The notes under the pieces were generated by a model, which made no database searches, was not told the origin of the DNA, and was given only the letters and a program-made list of their open reading frames with translations. The position numbers were made by a program, and so were the translations under genes. A DNA stretch of 64,000 bases, taken from Dehalococcoidia bacterium. Its GTDB lineage: Bacteria; Chloroflexota; Dehalococcoidia; UBA6926. Every line of letters begins with the position of its first letter. Position 1 is the first letter of the stretch. The DNA is taken from NCBI GenBank assembly GCA_963666115.2, contig CAXXET010000001.1, positions 32,001 through 96,000 on the forward strand, read 5' to 3'. Below are positions 40,393 through 51,166 of the stretch, piece by piece.

Positions 40393-41241
40393 CTAGCGGT
40401 TCTGCCAGTTGGGGGCGCGCTTCTCCGCGAAGGCGAGCGGGCCCTCCTTGGAGTCCTCGGAGCCGCCGACGATGCGGTTGACCCAGCCGCTGAATTGGTA
40501 GTGCTCGTCGATGAACAGGTTGCGCCAGAACTGCGCGACGGCCTTCACGCCCTGGACGGCGATGGGCGCGTTCTCCGTGATCATCTTGGCAATCTCAACA
40601 GCGCGCGGCAGGAGCTGGTCAGGCTCCACGACCTCATGGACCAGGCCGATGCGCAGACACTCCACCGGGGAGATGCGATCCGCCGTCAGGCCGATGTACA
40701 TGGCCTCGCCGACCGGAACCAGGCGCGGCATGAGGTGCATGCCGGAGCCGGGCATGATTCCGCGCTTCACCTCGAACAGGCCCATATAGGCCTCCGTGGA
40801 GATGATGCGGATGTCGCAGTCGATTGCGCGCTCCGTGCCGCCGCCGACGGCTAGGCCGTTGATGGCCGCGATGAACGGCTTGGGCGAGCGGGCGAACTGG
40901 AAGAGAGAGCCGGTCGGCCCGGCTCCGCCGCCCCCGGAAATCTGGAACAGGCGCCGGGCGCGCTCCTCGGCGTCGATCTCACCCTTGTCGAACGCTTCAT
41001 TGACCTCGGCTGTGCGCGTGTTGCGATCCGACATCTCGCGCAGGTCGGCGCCTGCGGAAAACGCGCGACCGTTTCCGGTGACAATCCCGACCCACATGTT
41101 GCGGTCGTTATTGAAGTCGTGGAGCGCGATCTGCAGTTCCTCGTTCATGCTGCCGCCCATGGCGTTCAACCGATCAGGGCGATTCATGGTGAACGTGGCG
41201 TAGTGTTCCGCCTCATTCTTCTCATACAACAGTTCAGGCAT
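40393..41241 (-). CDS. Enoyl-CoA hydratase/isomerase family protein
   Basis: NRPDRLNA, AFSAGADL, IAAINGLAVGGG and EG..AFAEKR.P; start MPELLYEK at 41241. Confidence 0.9.
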   Translation of the reverse strand: MPELLYEKNEAEHYATFTMNRPDRLNAMGGSMNEELQIALHDFNNDRNMWVGIVTGNGRAFSAGADLREMSDRNTRTAEVNEAFDKGEIDAEERARRLFQISGGGGAGPTGSLFQFARSPKPFIAAINGLAVGGGTERAIDCDIRIISTEAYMGLFEVKRGIMPGSGMHLMPRLVPVGEAMYIGLTADRISPVECLRIGLVHEVVEPDQLLPRAVEIAKMITENAPIAVQGVKAVAQFWRNLFIDEHYQFSGWVNRIVGGSEDSKEGPLAFAEKRAPNWQNR

Positions 41242-41437
41242 TTGCTTCCCCTCCCACCTCTGTGGATTCTCCTGCGTAAAGCCGACTAAGCCTAGATTTT
41301 TGGCGGCGTCGATGTCAAGTTGGCGGCGTGGCGGCGCGATAGAGTGGCTTTGACACGGTTCGCGCGTCACTGGTAGGGTGAATCGGGCTTGGGTGAGCCT
41401 ATCGGTGGGGCAGCACATTTTTTTCGGGGGAATAACT

Positions 41438-42574
41438 ATGCGCTTGACACTCTCAGCCATCAAGGCGGACGTCGGTTCAATTGGCGGCCACACGAGGCCG
41501 ACGGACGAGATGCTGGACAAGGTGCGCTCAGAGGTGCAAGCCGCCATCGATCGGGGACTGCTCATCGACGGCTACGTATTTCACGTGGGGGATGACATCG
41601 CCATCATCATGTCCCACACGCGGGGCAAGGACGACACCGAGATTCACCAGTTCGCGTGGGACAGCTTCCTGGCCGCGACGGCCATCGCGCAGGAGTACGG
41701 GCTGTACGGGGCAGGGCAAGACCTGTTGGTTGACGCGCCGTCCGGGAACGTGCGCGGCGCGGGGCCGGGCGTGGCGGAGGTCGAGTTCGAGCACGAGCCG
41801 GTGAAGACCAACAGCGTGCGCAACGCTGAGTCGTTCATGATCTTCGCGGCGGACAAGTGCGGGCCGGGCGCGTACAACCTGCCCCTGTTCCTCGGATTCG
41901 CCGACCCGATGTACTGCGCGGGGTTGATGCTGCCGCGCATGATCCAGGGCTTTGATTTCAACATCATCGACATGAACAACACCGGCGGCGACAGCCTCCT
42001 GACGCTGCACGCGCCGGAAGACTACTACCGGATCACGGTGCTGCTGCGCGACAACGAGCGTTTCGGCATCGAGAGCATTTCATCCCGGACGTATGACGGG
42101 CAGGACGCGGCGGCGGTGTCCGCGCAGCGGCTGCACAACATCGCCGGCACGTACACGGGCAAGGATGACCCCATTGCCATCGTGCGGAACCAGGGCATCT
42201 TCCCCGCGCCGGAGGAGGTTCTTTCGACGTTCACGAAGGCGCACTACATCGGCGGCGACGCGCGCGGCTCCCACAACATGCCCCTGATGCCCGTGCCGAT
42301 GAACACGCCTGTCACGGGCCCGTATTGCCTGCCGATCGTTGAGTCGCTCGGTTTTTCGATGAACGGCGACGGCAAGTTCTCGGCGAACGTCGTGGACTTC
42401 TTTGACAATCCGGCGTGGGACCTGGTGCGGAACAAGGCGCAGGAGAAGGCGCTCTACATGCGCGACCAGGGGTGGTCCGGCCCCGCCATGCTGCCGTACA
42501 CAGAGCTTGAGTACGGCGGGTTCCGTGACATCGTGACTGGGCTGGAGGAGCGTTTCGCCTTCCGCGCGGAATAG
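41438..42574 (+). CDS. fbp: Bifunctional fructose-1,6-bisphosphate aldolase/phosphatase (class V)
   Basis: IKADVGSIGGH, VGDD, GLYGAGQDLL, GKDDP (Schiff-base Lys) and RGSHNMPLMP; TTGACA-18-TAGGGT upstream. Confidence 0.93.
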   Translation: MRLTLSAIKADVGSIGGHTRPTDEMLDKVRSEVQAAIDRGLLIDGYVFHVGDDIAIIMSHTRGKDDTEIHQFAWDSFLAATAIAQEYGLYGAGQDLLVDAPSGNVRGAGPGVAEVEFEHEPVKTNSVRNAESFMIFAADKCGPGAYNLPLFLGFADPMYCAGLMLPRMIQGFDFNIIDMNNTGGDSLLTLHAPEDYYRITVLLRDNERFGIESISSRTYDGQDAAAVSAQRLHNIAGTYTGKDDPIAIVRNQGIFPAPEEVLSTFTKAHYIGGDARGSHNMPLMPVPMNTPVTGPYCLPIVESLGFSMNGDGKFSANVVDFFDNPAWDLVRNKAQEKALYMRDQGWSGPAMLPYTELEYGGFRDIVTGLEERFAFRAE

Positions 42575-42587
42575 GGGACAGCCCCGC

Positions 42588-43217
42588 GTGAAACTCCTCG
42601 TCGGCACCGGCAACCCCGGGAAAATCCGCGAGTTCCGCGAACTCATGGACGGCCTGCCCGTTGAGCTTGTGACCCCTGCGGACATCGGCCTCGATATTGA
42701 TGTGGAGGAAACCGGCGGCACGCTGGAAGAGAATGCGCTGATCAAGGCGCAGGCATATGCGAACGCGGGGGGCATCCTGACGCTGGCCGATGATTCCGGC
42801 CTGTTTGTGGATGCGCTGGACGGCGCGCCCGGCGTGATCAGCGCCCGCTACGGCGGCCCTGATGCCAAGACAGATGAGGACCGCGTTGAGCTTTTGCTGC
42901 GCAATCTGAAAGACGTGCCGGAGGCGGAACGCGACGCGGCATTCCGGTGCGTAATCGTCATTGCAGAGCCAAACGTGGATACGGTTTGCATGGCGAAAGG
43001 AGAGTTGCGCGGTATAATTGGGAAAGCTCCGAGGGGGACGAACGGATTCGGGTATGATCCGATATTCATCGTGCCGGAGCACGGGAAGACGGTAGCCGAA
43101 TTGGATTCAGAAACAAAGAACGCACTCAGTCACCGCGGCAGGGCGGCGCGCATCGCGCGGGGCATTGTCGCGGACATGGCCGCCGCGGGCCAGGCGGAGG
43201 GAAACAACCGGGCATGA
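42588..43217 (+). CDS. rdgB: dITP/XTP pyrophosphatase (HAM1)
   Basis: TGNPGK, ADDSGL, GFGYDPIF and SHRGRA. Confidence 0.93.
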   Translation: MKLLVGTGNPGKIREFRELMDGLPVELVTPADIGLDIDVEETGGTLEENALIKAQAYANAGGILTLADDSGLFVDALDGAPGVISARYGGPDAKTDEDRVELLLRNLKDVPEAERDAAFRCVIVIAEPNVDTVCMAKGELRGIIGKAPRGTNGFGYDPIFIVPEHGKTVAELDSETKNALSHRGRAARIARGIVADMAAAGQAEGNNRA

Positions 43218-44254
43218 CCGTCGCCGCTCCCATAAGCGTCAAGGACGTGTTCGGACGCCTCCTGCAAGACCTCCGTATCTCTGTCACGGACCGGTGCAAT
43301 TTCCGTTGCTCGTACTGCATGCCGGCGGAGATCTTCGGCGAGCGGTACGAATTCCTGCCGCGCGACCAGATCCTGACGTTCGAGGAGATTGAACGCCTGA
43401 CGCGCATCTTTGCCGGGCTGGGCGTGACCAAGATTCGCGTGACGGGCGGGGAGCCCCTGCTGCGCAGGGATTTGCCTGAGCTAATCTGTATGCTCGCGGC
43501 GGTTGACGGCATCGACGACCTGTCGCTGACGACGAACGGCTACTTGCTGCCGCCCATGGCCAGGGAGCTGCGGGAGGCAGGGCTGCGCCGCGTGACAATC
43601 AGTCTGGACAGCCTGGACGATGAGACATTCAAGCGCATGAACGGACGCGGTTTCGGGGTTGATCGCGTACTGGAGGCCATCGAGGCGGCGGAGGACGCCG
43701 GGCTCGGGCCAATCAAGATCAATAGCGTCGTGCAGCGCGGCGTCAACGAAAACTTTGTGACCGACCTCGCCAGGTATTTTAAGGGCACGGACAAGATTGT
43801 GCGGTTCATCGAATACATGGACGTCGGGACAATCAACGGGTGGAAACTGGAAGAGGTCGTGCCGAGCAGGGAACTCGCCGCGCTCATCAACGCCGAGACG
43901 CCCATCATTCCAATCGACCGAAACTATCGCAGCGAAACATCGTCGCGTTATGCGTATGCTGACGGCACCGGCGAGATTGGGTTCATTTCGTCGGTCTCGG
44001 AGCCGTTCTGCGCCGACTGCACACGCGCCCGCCTCTCGACGGACGGCAGGCTCTACACGTGCCTGTTCACGGGCGACGGCCATGATTTGCGCGGGCCGAT
44101 GCGCGACGGCGCGACGGACGATGAGATTATCTCGCTGATCACCGGCGTGTGGGAGCAGCGGACGGATCGGTACTCCGAGGAGCGAACCAGCGAGACTGCC
44201 GCGCTCGCGGGCAAGAAGCCGGAGCGCGTTGAGATGTACCACATCGGAGGGTAG
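43214..44254 (+). CDS. moaA: GTP 3',8-cyclase
   Basis: RISVTDRCNFRCSYC, C..C.R.R.....G....C and C-terminal IGG. Confidence 0.95.
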   Translation: MTVAAPISVKDVFGRLLQDLRISVTDRCNFRCSYCMPAEIFGERYEFLPRDQILTFEEIERLTRIFAGLGVTKIRVTGGEPLLRRDLPELICMLAAVDGIDDLSLTTNGYLLPPMARELREAGLRRVTISLDSLDDETFKRMNGRGFGVDRVLEAIEAAEDAGLGPIKINSVVQRGVNENFVTDLARYFKGTDKIVRFIEYMDVGTINGWKLEEVVPSRELAALINAETPIIPIDRNYRSETSSRYAYADGTGEIGFISSVSEPFCADCTRARLSTDGRLYTCLFTGDGHDLRGPMRDGATDDEIISLITGVWEQRTDRYSEERTSETAALAGKKPERVEMYHIGG

Positions 44255-44278
44255 GCGCAGACGCCGCCGGACAATCCG

Positions 44279-44776
44279 ATGACCGACCAGGAGAACTCTG
44301 GGAAACTGTCCCACGTCGATCCGACAGCCGGGCCGCGCATGGTCGACGTGGGCGACAAGGACGTGACGCGGCGAGAGGCCGTGGCGCGGGGCAGGGTGGT
44401 CATGTCGCCCGAAACGCTGACGGCGATCCGCGAACAGGCCACGCCCAAGGGCGACGTGCTGTCCGTGGCGCAGTTGGCGGGCGTGATGGCCGCCAAGCGC
44501 ACCTCTGAATTGATTCCCCTGTGCCATCCACTGCCGCTGTCATTCGTTGGCGTTAAACTGACGCCGGGTGAGGACGGGGCGAGCGTCGAAATAGAGTCGA
44601 CCGTTCGGACGACGGGTCAGACGGGGGCCGAGATGGAGGCTCTAACGGCGGTGAGCGTGGCGGGGCTGACAGTCTATGACATGTGCAAGGCCATCGACCG
44701 CGCGATGCGGGTGGAGGCCGTCCGGCTGGTGTCCAAGTCCGGAGGGCAGAGCGGGGACGTGCGGCTAGAGGATTAG
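44279..44776 (+). CDS. moaC: Cyclic pyranopterin monophosphate synthase
   Basis: MVDVGDK, LIPLCHP, EMEAL, YDMCKA and KSGG.SG. Confidence 0.95.
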   Translation: MTDQENSGKLSHVDPTAGPRMVDVGDKDVTRREAVARGRVVMSPETLTAIREQATPKGDVLSVAQLAGVMAAKRTSELIPLCHPLPLSFVGVKLTPGEDGASVEIESTVRTTGQTGAEMEALTAVSVAGLTVYDMCKAIDRAMRVEAVRLVSKSGGQSGDVRLED

Positions 44777-45654
44777 TCCCGGCTGCCCAGCAGAAACCGC
44801 CGCGCGATGTTGGCGGTTTCGTCCGGAACCTGCATGTAGATGGCGTGGCCGACGTCAGGCATGACCAGGAATTCCCCGTGCGGCAGCGCTTCCGCCAAAG
44901 GCCGCTGGTGTGACTCAAGCAGGTTGTTCTCCTCCGCCACGACGATGAGGATGGGCATGGTCAGCCGGTTCACGCCGGCAATCAGCGAGAACTCATCGGT
45001 TGCCATTTCCCCGATGTTGTAGGAGTTGACGCTCCACATGGCCTCAGCGCGTCCGTCGGGATGGACGATCGTTTCCTCATTGAGAACGTCGTCCAGCGCC
45101 TCCTGCGTCCAGACGCTCGTCATGTTGTTTGACTCCAGCCGCCGCTTGAGGTCATCGAGGGAAACCCATGAGTTGCGCCGGCCCGGCCCCGGCTTTTCGG
45201 TGAGGTCTTCATTGAGCACATTGACGCGCACCCAGTGGGCGGGCCCCTCCGGCACGGGCTCCACCATCACCATGCCGAGCACGCGGTCGGGATGGTTGGT
45301 GGCGTAGAGGCCGCTTATCGCGCCGCCGTAGGAGTGGGACATGATGAAGTGCGGGGGAAGGTCAAGCGCCTCCGCGATGCCCGCCATGTCCTGCGCCCCC
45401 TCCGTTGCGCGGTAGCCCGTTTCAGGGGCGTCCGATTCGCCGTGTCCGCGTGTGTCCAGGGCGATGACGCGGAAGTCATTTCGCAGCCGCCGCGCGACGG
45501 CGTTCCAACTGCGTCCGGTGCGCCGACCGCCGTGGACGAGCAGCAGCGGGGGGCCGTCGCCTCCCCAATCAAGCGCGTGAAATGTCACGCCGTCGACGGT
45601 GACGAACAGGCTTGTGCGTCCCTCGGATTGCTCGCGTGTGATGACTTCAGGCAC
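44773..45654 (-). CDS. Alpha/beta hydrolase
   Basis: [19 protein letters not shown] nucleophile elbow and C-terminal GH. Confidence 0.85.
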   Translation of the reverse strand: MPEVITREQSEGRTSLFVTVDGVTFHALDWGGDGPPLLLVHGGRRTGRSWNAVARRLRNDFRVIALDTRGHGESDAPETGYRATEGAQDMAGIAEALDLPPHFIMSHSYGGAISGLYATNHPDRVLGMVMVEPVPEGPAHWVRVNVLNEDLTEKPGPGRRNSWVSLDDLKRRLESNNMTSVWTQEALDDVLNEETIVHPDGRAEAMWSVNSYNIGEMATDEFSLIAGVNRLTMPILIVVAEENNLLESHQRPLAEALPHGEFLVMPDVGHAIYMQVPDETANIARRFLLGSRD

Positions 45655-45699
45655 AGAACCTCCCTGTGTGCGTTGTATGACTCAGTGTGGGGAAGGGGG

Positions 45700-46227
45700 T
45701 CAGGCGGGATACCACTGCCTGCGTTCAAACATCCCCTTGATATACGACATTTCTCCCGTGTGCATTGAATTATCGTGCATCACGCTGACGAGGCGGACGC
45801 CGACGGTCGGCATCGGGTTCCACTGCGGCTCATTCAGGACGCGGTCGAGCGCCTCGGGCGTAATGGTCTGAATGAACTCCTGCGTGCGGGCGTAGACGGC
45901 GTCGTAGTACCCGATGATCACGGACGCCTCCGGCGCCTGGAATGCGCGCACCTCGTCCATGGAGTAGCCGGTTCCCGTGTTCGCGGGGTCGGCGGCCATG
46001 CCGAACCGCTCATGCCAGCCGTCCGCAATCCACGCCTGCTCCCGGCCGGCGAGGCCGGAGATTTCGTGGTCCTGGGTGCGCGTCAGGTGCCAGCCGGTCC
46101 AGCCGAGCGGGTTTGATTGCTCGTCCGGCTGCCTCATCAACTGCTCCACGCTCAGCCCGTCGATGCACCTGGCGAGCAGTTCCCGCACGCGGCCAAAGTG
46201 ATCAGTGGCCAAATCTCGCATGTCCAT
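45700..46227 (-). CDS. DinB family protein
   Basis: N..GW..WHL.R..D and C-terminal D...H.G...Y metal-ligand pattern. Confidence 0.8.
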   Translation of the reverse strand: MDMRDLATDHFGRVRELLARCIDGLSVEQLMRQPDEQSNPLGWTGWHLTRTQDHEISGLAGREQAWIADGWHERFGMAADPANTGTGYSMDEVRAFQAPEASVIIGYYDAVYARTQEFIQTITPEALDRVLNEPQWNPMPTVGVRLVSVMHDNSMHTGEMSYIKGMFERRQWYPA

Positions 46228-46273
46228 CCCGATTCCTCCGTCCCCCAAGCCGCGCCGGGGCGCTTATTGCGAC

Positions 46274-47059
46274 TCAGACCTTCTCATGCTGCGTTGTGTA
46301 GCAGGGCAGGCCGTTGACCATTTCGATCTTGTAGTCGGAAAAGAGGACGGGGTAGCGATCACGGACAATCTCGCCGATCTTGCCGAAGACGACACGGATT
46401 TCCTCTTCCGAACTGGGATCCGTGCGCGCCTCCAGGATGTGACGCAGGGCGCGGATATTCGTGCTCCATCCGATGCTCGTCGCCACGCCGATTGGGGCGA
46501 TGCGCCGCATTGCTGAGGTAATTTCCTTCTTGCGGGAGAACTGCGCGCCGTCCTCGTCGAGCTGGTAGTGCTCCGCCATCATCCTCTGCAACTCTTCCAG
46601 CCTCGTGAACGTATCCACAAAGACCTCCATGATGTGCTCATCCTCGCGGACGGCGGTGGGCGCCCACATGCCGAGATCGTCAAGGCGAACGAAGCGCAGG
46701 CTTTCCTGCGAGATGGCGGTGCCGGCGCGGTGGCGAACCAACTCATGCGTGAAGACGCGGCTGACGCCGCTGATGGCGAAGTTGAGGACGCTGTGCTCCA
46801 GGACGGAGCCGTGGCCGGTGGCGATGATGTTCTTGAGGTGGGCGGCGTTGTTGGGGCGGACGCGGGTGACGTTCGGATTGAGGCCCGGCTCGAAGCTGCG
46901 GTAGCAGAGGCGTCCCATGAACTCGGCGAGGCCCTCAACGTCCGTGGCTGCGTCCGTCGACCAGCCCGGCGCGCCGATATGTTCAAGGTATGCGGCAAGC
47001 CCCTCCGGTATGATCCTGGTCTCGCCGACCAGGAAGACTTGCGGCTCCACGCCGTGCAT
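46274..47059 (-). CDS. thyX: FAD-dependent thymidylate synthase
   Basis: GHGSVLEH, SRVFTHELVRHR and SQESLR. Confidence 0.93.
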   Translation of the reverse strand: MHGVEPQVFLVGETRIIPEGLAAYLEHIGAPGWSTDAATDVEGLAEFMGRLCYRSFEPGLNPNVTRVRPNNAAHLKNIIATGHGSVLEHSVLNFAISGVSRVFTHELVRHRAGTAISQESLRFVRLDDLGMWAPTAVREDEHIMEVFVDTFTRLEELQRMMAEHYQLDEDGAQFSRKKEITSAMRRIAPIGVATSIGWSTNIRALRHILEARTDPSSEEEIRVVFGKIGEIVRDRYPVLFSDYKIEMVNGLPCYTTQHEKV

Positions 47060-47114
47060 CGCCTACCCCCCTTGCGCCCAAATCCACCATCAAAACTGTA
47101 GCACGCCCCCGCCC

Positions 47115-47149
47115 CCCGTTCACCCTTCGACAGGCTCAGAGTGAACGGG
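47115..47149. repeat. Self-complementary variant of the 28-bp repeat family
   Basis: CCCGTTCAC-CCTTCGACAGGCTCAGA-GTGAACGGG. Confidence 0.8.
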
Positions 47150-47200
47150 TAGAATCTTTACGCCGCTCATACGCCCCCTTAACTTGCGCTTAATCCCACT

Positions 47201-47980
47201 GTGGCGATTTCGTGGCAAAATGAGGGCGTGGAAACTGAATACCGAACCTCCACCGTTGACTACCGAGGGCCGATACGAACGGTCGCTCACCGGGGCGCTA
47301 TGGCGCTCGCGCCCGAGAATTCCATCCTCGCATTCACCACAGCCGCCGAGCTTGGCGTTGACGCCATCGAGAGCGATGTACGCCTGACCTCGGACGGGCA
47401 GCCTGCCGTCATCCATGACCCCACGTTGAGCAGGACGCACGGCCGCGGGGCGCGCGTGAGCGCAATGACGATGGCGGAGCTGGAAGCGATCGGTGTGCCG
47501 TCCCTTTCAACCTTGCTGGACGGCTTTGCGGCCGACTTTGACGTGATCATCGACCTCAAGGTGAAGAGCGCCGCGCTCGCCAGGGCGGTGGGGCGGGTCG
47601 TCGCCGGATCAGGCCGCGCCCAATGCTGTTTCGTGACGGGTTCAGACCTCAACCTGCTGCGCCTCGCGCAGTCGCTCGCCGAGGGTTTGCGGCTCAGTTG
47701 GACCATCGGGGCGCGGCATGGAACGCTGACTCCGGCGGCAGTCGTGGAGGCGGCGGTTGTAGGAGTGTCGGAACTGGCCGTAGATGCCCCGGAAGTAAGC
47801 GCCGAACTCGTCGCGCAGGCCCGCTCACTGGGGATTGACGTTCGCGCCTACGGCATCAAGACGCCGGCAGAGGCGCGGCAACTGATTGAACGCGGCTGCA
47901 CAACCCTGACGCTGGATGATCCGCGCTGGGCGATGGCACCGCGGCAGATGTCCCTTCCGCTGATTTCGGCAGCGACGTAA
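47201..47980 (+). CDS. Glycerophosphodiester phosphodiesterase family protein
   Basis: AHRGA..APENS, IESDV.LTSDG and IHD; start codon uncertain. Confidence 0.85.
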   Translation: MAISWQNEGVETEYRTSTVDYRGPIRTVAHRGAMALAPENSILAFTTAAELGVDAIESDVRLTSDGQPAVIHDPTLSRTHGRGARVSAMTMAELEAIGVPSLSTLLDGFAADFDVIIDLKVKSAALARAVGRVVAGSGRAQCCFVTGSDLNLLRLAQSLAEGLRLSWTIGARHGTLTPAAVVEAAVVGVSELAVDAPEVSAELVAQARSLGIDVRAYGIKTPAEARQLIERGCTTLTLDDPRWAMAPRQMSLPLISAAT

Positions 47981-47989
47981 GCCTAACAC

Positions 47990-48418
47990 CTACTCCTCCC
48001 CCCTCATTCGGAGGAGGCGTTCGCCGATGATTAGGGCCAGGACGGTGTAGAGGGCGTCCATGATTGGGAAGTAGATCAGGTGGGATGTTACGGCGTCGCC
48101 TGTTTCGCTTTCGGGGTTGAGCAGCCAGAAGTATTGCCAGAAGAAGAGCATCGTGAGGACGACTGCGGCGTAGAAGAGGCCGTGGGCGATGGCGCAGGTG
48201 TAGTTGTCCGTGTTCTCCGGGTCGAGCCGCCACTTGTGGAGGAACGTCAGGATGAGCATGATCGGCACGCCGAGCGCCATGAAGTAGTTCATGATTGTCC
48301 ACAGCGGATAGTCGGACGAGCCGTCGTGGATGAGCCCTGTGATCATGAGCAGGACGGCGACGGCAATCCCCGTGAGCACGAGATATGCCCCGATGAGGCG
48401 GGCCAGTATGATCGGCAT
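47990..48418 (-). CDS. Hypothetical membrane protein with four TM helices
   Basis: Four hydrophobic segments; AGGAGG RBS. Confidence 0.7.
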   Translation of the reverse strand: MPIILARLIGAYLVLTGIAVAVLLMITGLIHDGSSDYPLWTIMNYFMALGVPIMLILTFLHKWRLDPENTDNYTCAIAHGLFYAAVVLTMLFFWQYFWLLNPESETGDAVTSHLIYFPIMDALYTVLALIIGERLLRMRGEE

Positions 48419-48553
48419 GGGTCAACCTCCTTGTGACGCGAGCGGGCGGGCTACGGTATAGGATACGGCATTGGCGGCAGCGTTGGCAGTTGGTTGTACA
48501 ATGTAATAAAGGCGTTACAAATGCGGTTGAGGCATCACTCGGAAATGGAGAGT

Positions 48554-49808
48554 ATGCTATCGACGACAAATCCGCTGACTCATCTCCCCTACATATGGGG
48601 GGGGGGGGGGGGTAGATATCCAGCCTCCGAATCTGGCGATTCCCAGTGACTACTCGGGAGGTTACTGGCGCGCTCGCCTCGAGAATGCTACGGTCGCCGA
48701 CAGTTATGCGGCTCATCAACTGATTGGCGATCCTCTGGCCGATGCGGCCATTGCGGATATGGACGGGATGGACCACGCTGAATCGGCGATGATGCTGCGG
48801 GCTGCGATGGATAACCCCGGCGGCAGCGTTCTGCGGGATGCGCCACAAGGCGTTCAGGATCTCATCGCCTCCGTAGACGAGCCGCCGGACTGGGTAAACT
48901 ACAACGATTTTCTGCCGGGCTCGCGCATGTTCCTGCGCAACGCGCAGGTCATCCTGGCGGCGTTCGTTGGGGGAACCCTCGTGGAGGGCTTCGGGACGAA
49001 CATCAGCAAGTCGTTTTTCATCACCGGGCGGCTGCGCGACCAGGGAGTACGCCGCCTGATGCAGAATAACCGCCACATGCTGGAATCGTTTCTGCCGGGG
49101 GGACTGGCGCGAGCGGGCGACGGCCTGAAGTTGAGCCTGCGCCTGCGCCTCGTCCACGCGCAAGTGAGGAAGCTGCTGCATGAATCCGACGAGTGGGACA
49201 CGGACGCCTGGGGAGAGCCGTTGAGCGCGGCGCACCTGGGGATGGCCATCTCCGGGTTCTCAGCGCGCCTTCTCTATCACATAAAGCGTCTGGGGGCGCG
49301 GTATAACGATGAAGAGCGGCGGAGCTTCATGGCGATCTGGCGCTACACGGGCTACATCATGGGAATCCCGGAGACCATCCTCTTCAAGGATGAGGAGGAG
49401 GCGCTGGAGATTTACAGGATCGGCACGATGTGCGAGCCGGAGCCTGGGCCTGAGGCCATCGTGATGGCGCACGCCCTGATCAATTCCGCGCCGCTGGTGG
49501 TCGGCATCACCGATCCACAGGAACGCCAGAAGCTGGCGAATTACGTGTTTCGCATATCACGCGCGGTCATCGGGGCGGATATGGCCGACAAGCTGCACTA
49601 TCCCAAGACGCCGATATTTGGGGTGCTGCCGCTGTTCCGGCTGCAAACCCGCTACCACAAGTTCCTGTCGCGGTGGATTCCGTGGATGGCGCAGGACGAC
49701 AATTTCACGCAGTTCATCGGGCTGTTGGAGGCGGCGAACGTGACGGAGACGGACATTCACTACCATATGCCGGATCACGTTTATTCTGAGAATTCGAGTC
49801 CCTGGTAG
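48554..49808 (+). CDS. MpaB/Lcp-like (DUF2236) heme oxygenase; 5' end put out of frame by a G16 tract
   Basis: IGDPLADA, PPDWV, RLRLVHAQVR, WGEPLS and WRY.GY.MG. The frame is open back to the G tract at 48597-48612. Confidence 0.75.
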
Positions 49809-51166
49809 GAGCGGGCCGCAAGTTCGCCGCTCCGCACGGCGGATTCCATGGTGGCGGGCCAGCCGGTTTGCGTCCAGTCTCCTGCGAGGTAGAGGCCGGG
49901 TATTGCCGTGGCCTGCGGCGGCCTTTGGGTTTGGATGCCGGGGAGGCATCGAAACGTTGCCTGCGGCTGCTTGACGACGCGAAAGTAGGTCATCGAGGCG
50001 TTGCGCGTCTCCGGCAGCGCGGCGCGAAGTTCAGCCGTGGCTAGCTCGCGCAGTTCTTCCTCCGTCATGCCCGCCTCGCGCCATGCGGCGCTAATCGACA
50101 CCAGCAAGCGCGAGTCCGAGCCGGCCGATTCCTGCATGAGCGAGCGGTTGAATACCCACTGGATCGGGCTGTCCAGGACGGTCAGGAACGGCTCATCCAT
50201 TACCGGGCGGTCGTAGCCGATATGCAGCCCGACGATGGGCGCCCATTCCAGTTGGGGGAGGCCGATGTCCGTTAAGGCAGTGTCGGCGCTCTCGTCGCGG
50301 GCCAGCAGCCTTTCGACGCCGTCCCACGGCACGGCGCTGATCACCGCGTCCGCGTCTATGGTTTCGTCGCCAAGCCTGACACCCGTGACGCGGCCATTGT
50401 GAACTCTTAGCTCTGTCACGCGGCGCCCCATGATGAACCGCCCGCCGCGCGATTCGACATACCGGCGCGCTCCGTCGCTGACCAGCGTTGACAGGCCGAC
50501 ACGCGAGTAGCCGAGGTCGGCCATTCCCTTGCCTGCGAGCAGGGAGTCCTGGAATGCCATGATGCCCATGTAGGCGCTCGCGGCGTCGATGGTGTCATTG
50601 AGGATGGGCAGCGTGATGAGTTCCCAGAGAGCAGCTATCGTCCTGTCGTTCTGCCCGCGCCGCATGAGCCACTCTCGAAAGGACATCGCCTCCAGCCGTT
50701 CCCGCTCTCGTTTCCTGTTCGCGCGGCGAATGCTTAACATGCCGCGTATGACGCGCAGCCGGTCCGTGAGGCTGAGATGCCGGTAGCGGAGGAGGGAGGG
50801 CAGGAGGTCGAGCGGGGCGGGAAGAAACCGCGTTGATGACAGCACGCCGCGCTTTCCGTCCCTGTTAGCGACCGTCACGCGCAGCCGCGACTGGAGGGTC
50901 GTTTGGTCGAACGCGCCGATTTTCTTGAGGAAGTCGATGTATTCGGTGCAGCAGCGGAGGAAGACGTGCTGACCGTTGTCCAGCTCCATGCCCGTTTGGG
51001 GATCGAGAAAGGAAAAGGCGCGCCCGCCCAAGTAGTTGCGGCGCTCGATCAGGGTGACGGCGATGCCGCGTTCGGCGAGGGCGCAGGCGGCGGAGAGGCC
51101 GGCAAGCCCGCCGCCGATCACCACGCAGTGGCCACGCGCTCCATTGGGACGTAACTCTGAATCCAC
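49781..51166 (-). CDS. hpnE: Hydroxysqualene dehydroxylase (FAD-dependent)
   Basis: VIGGGLAGL, LGGRA.SF, DNGQHVFL.C and LAGDWT.TGWPATMESAVRSG. True start may be a GTG at 51124 or 51121. Confidence 0.9.
   Translation of the reverse strand: MDSELRPNGARGHCVVIGGGLAGLSAACALAERGIAVTLIERRNYLGGRAFSFLDPQTGMELDNGQHVFLRCCTEYIDFLKKIGAFDQTTLQSRLRVTVANRDGKRGVLSSTRFLPAPLDLLPSLLRYRHLSLTDRLRVIRGMLSIRRANRKRERERLEAMSFREWLMRRGQNDRTIAALWELITLPILNDTIDAASAYMGIMAFQDSLLAGKGMADLGYSRVGLSTLVSDGARRYVESRGGRFIMGRRVTELRVHNGRVTGVRLGDETIDADAVISAVPWDGVERLLARDESADTALTDIGLPQLEWAPIVGLHIGYDRPVMDEPFLTVLDSPIQWVFNRSLMQESAGSDSRLLVSISAAWREAGMTEEELRELATAELRAALPETRNASMTYFRVVKQPQATFRCLPGIQTQRPPQATAIPGLYLAGDWTQTGWPATMESAVRSGELAARSYQGLEFSE

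Noticed and set aside
41438-42574. Archaeal-type FBP aldolase/phosphatase as recent transfer
   Set aside because: Known from deep-branching bacteria including Chloroflexota; codon style matches neighbouring genes.
51118-51166. HpnD-HpnE fusion hidden by a frameshift
   Set aside because: A GTG overlapping the hpnD TGA (GTGA) gives an ordinary coupled start just before the GxGxxG motif.
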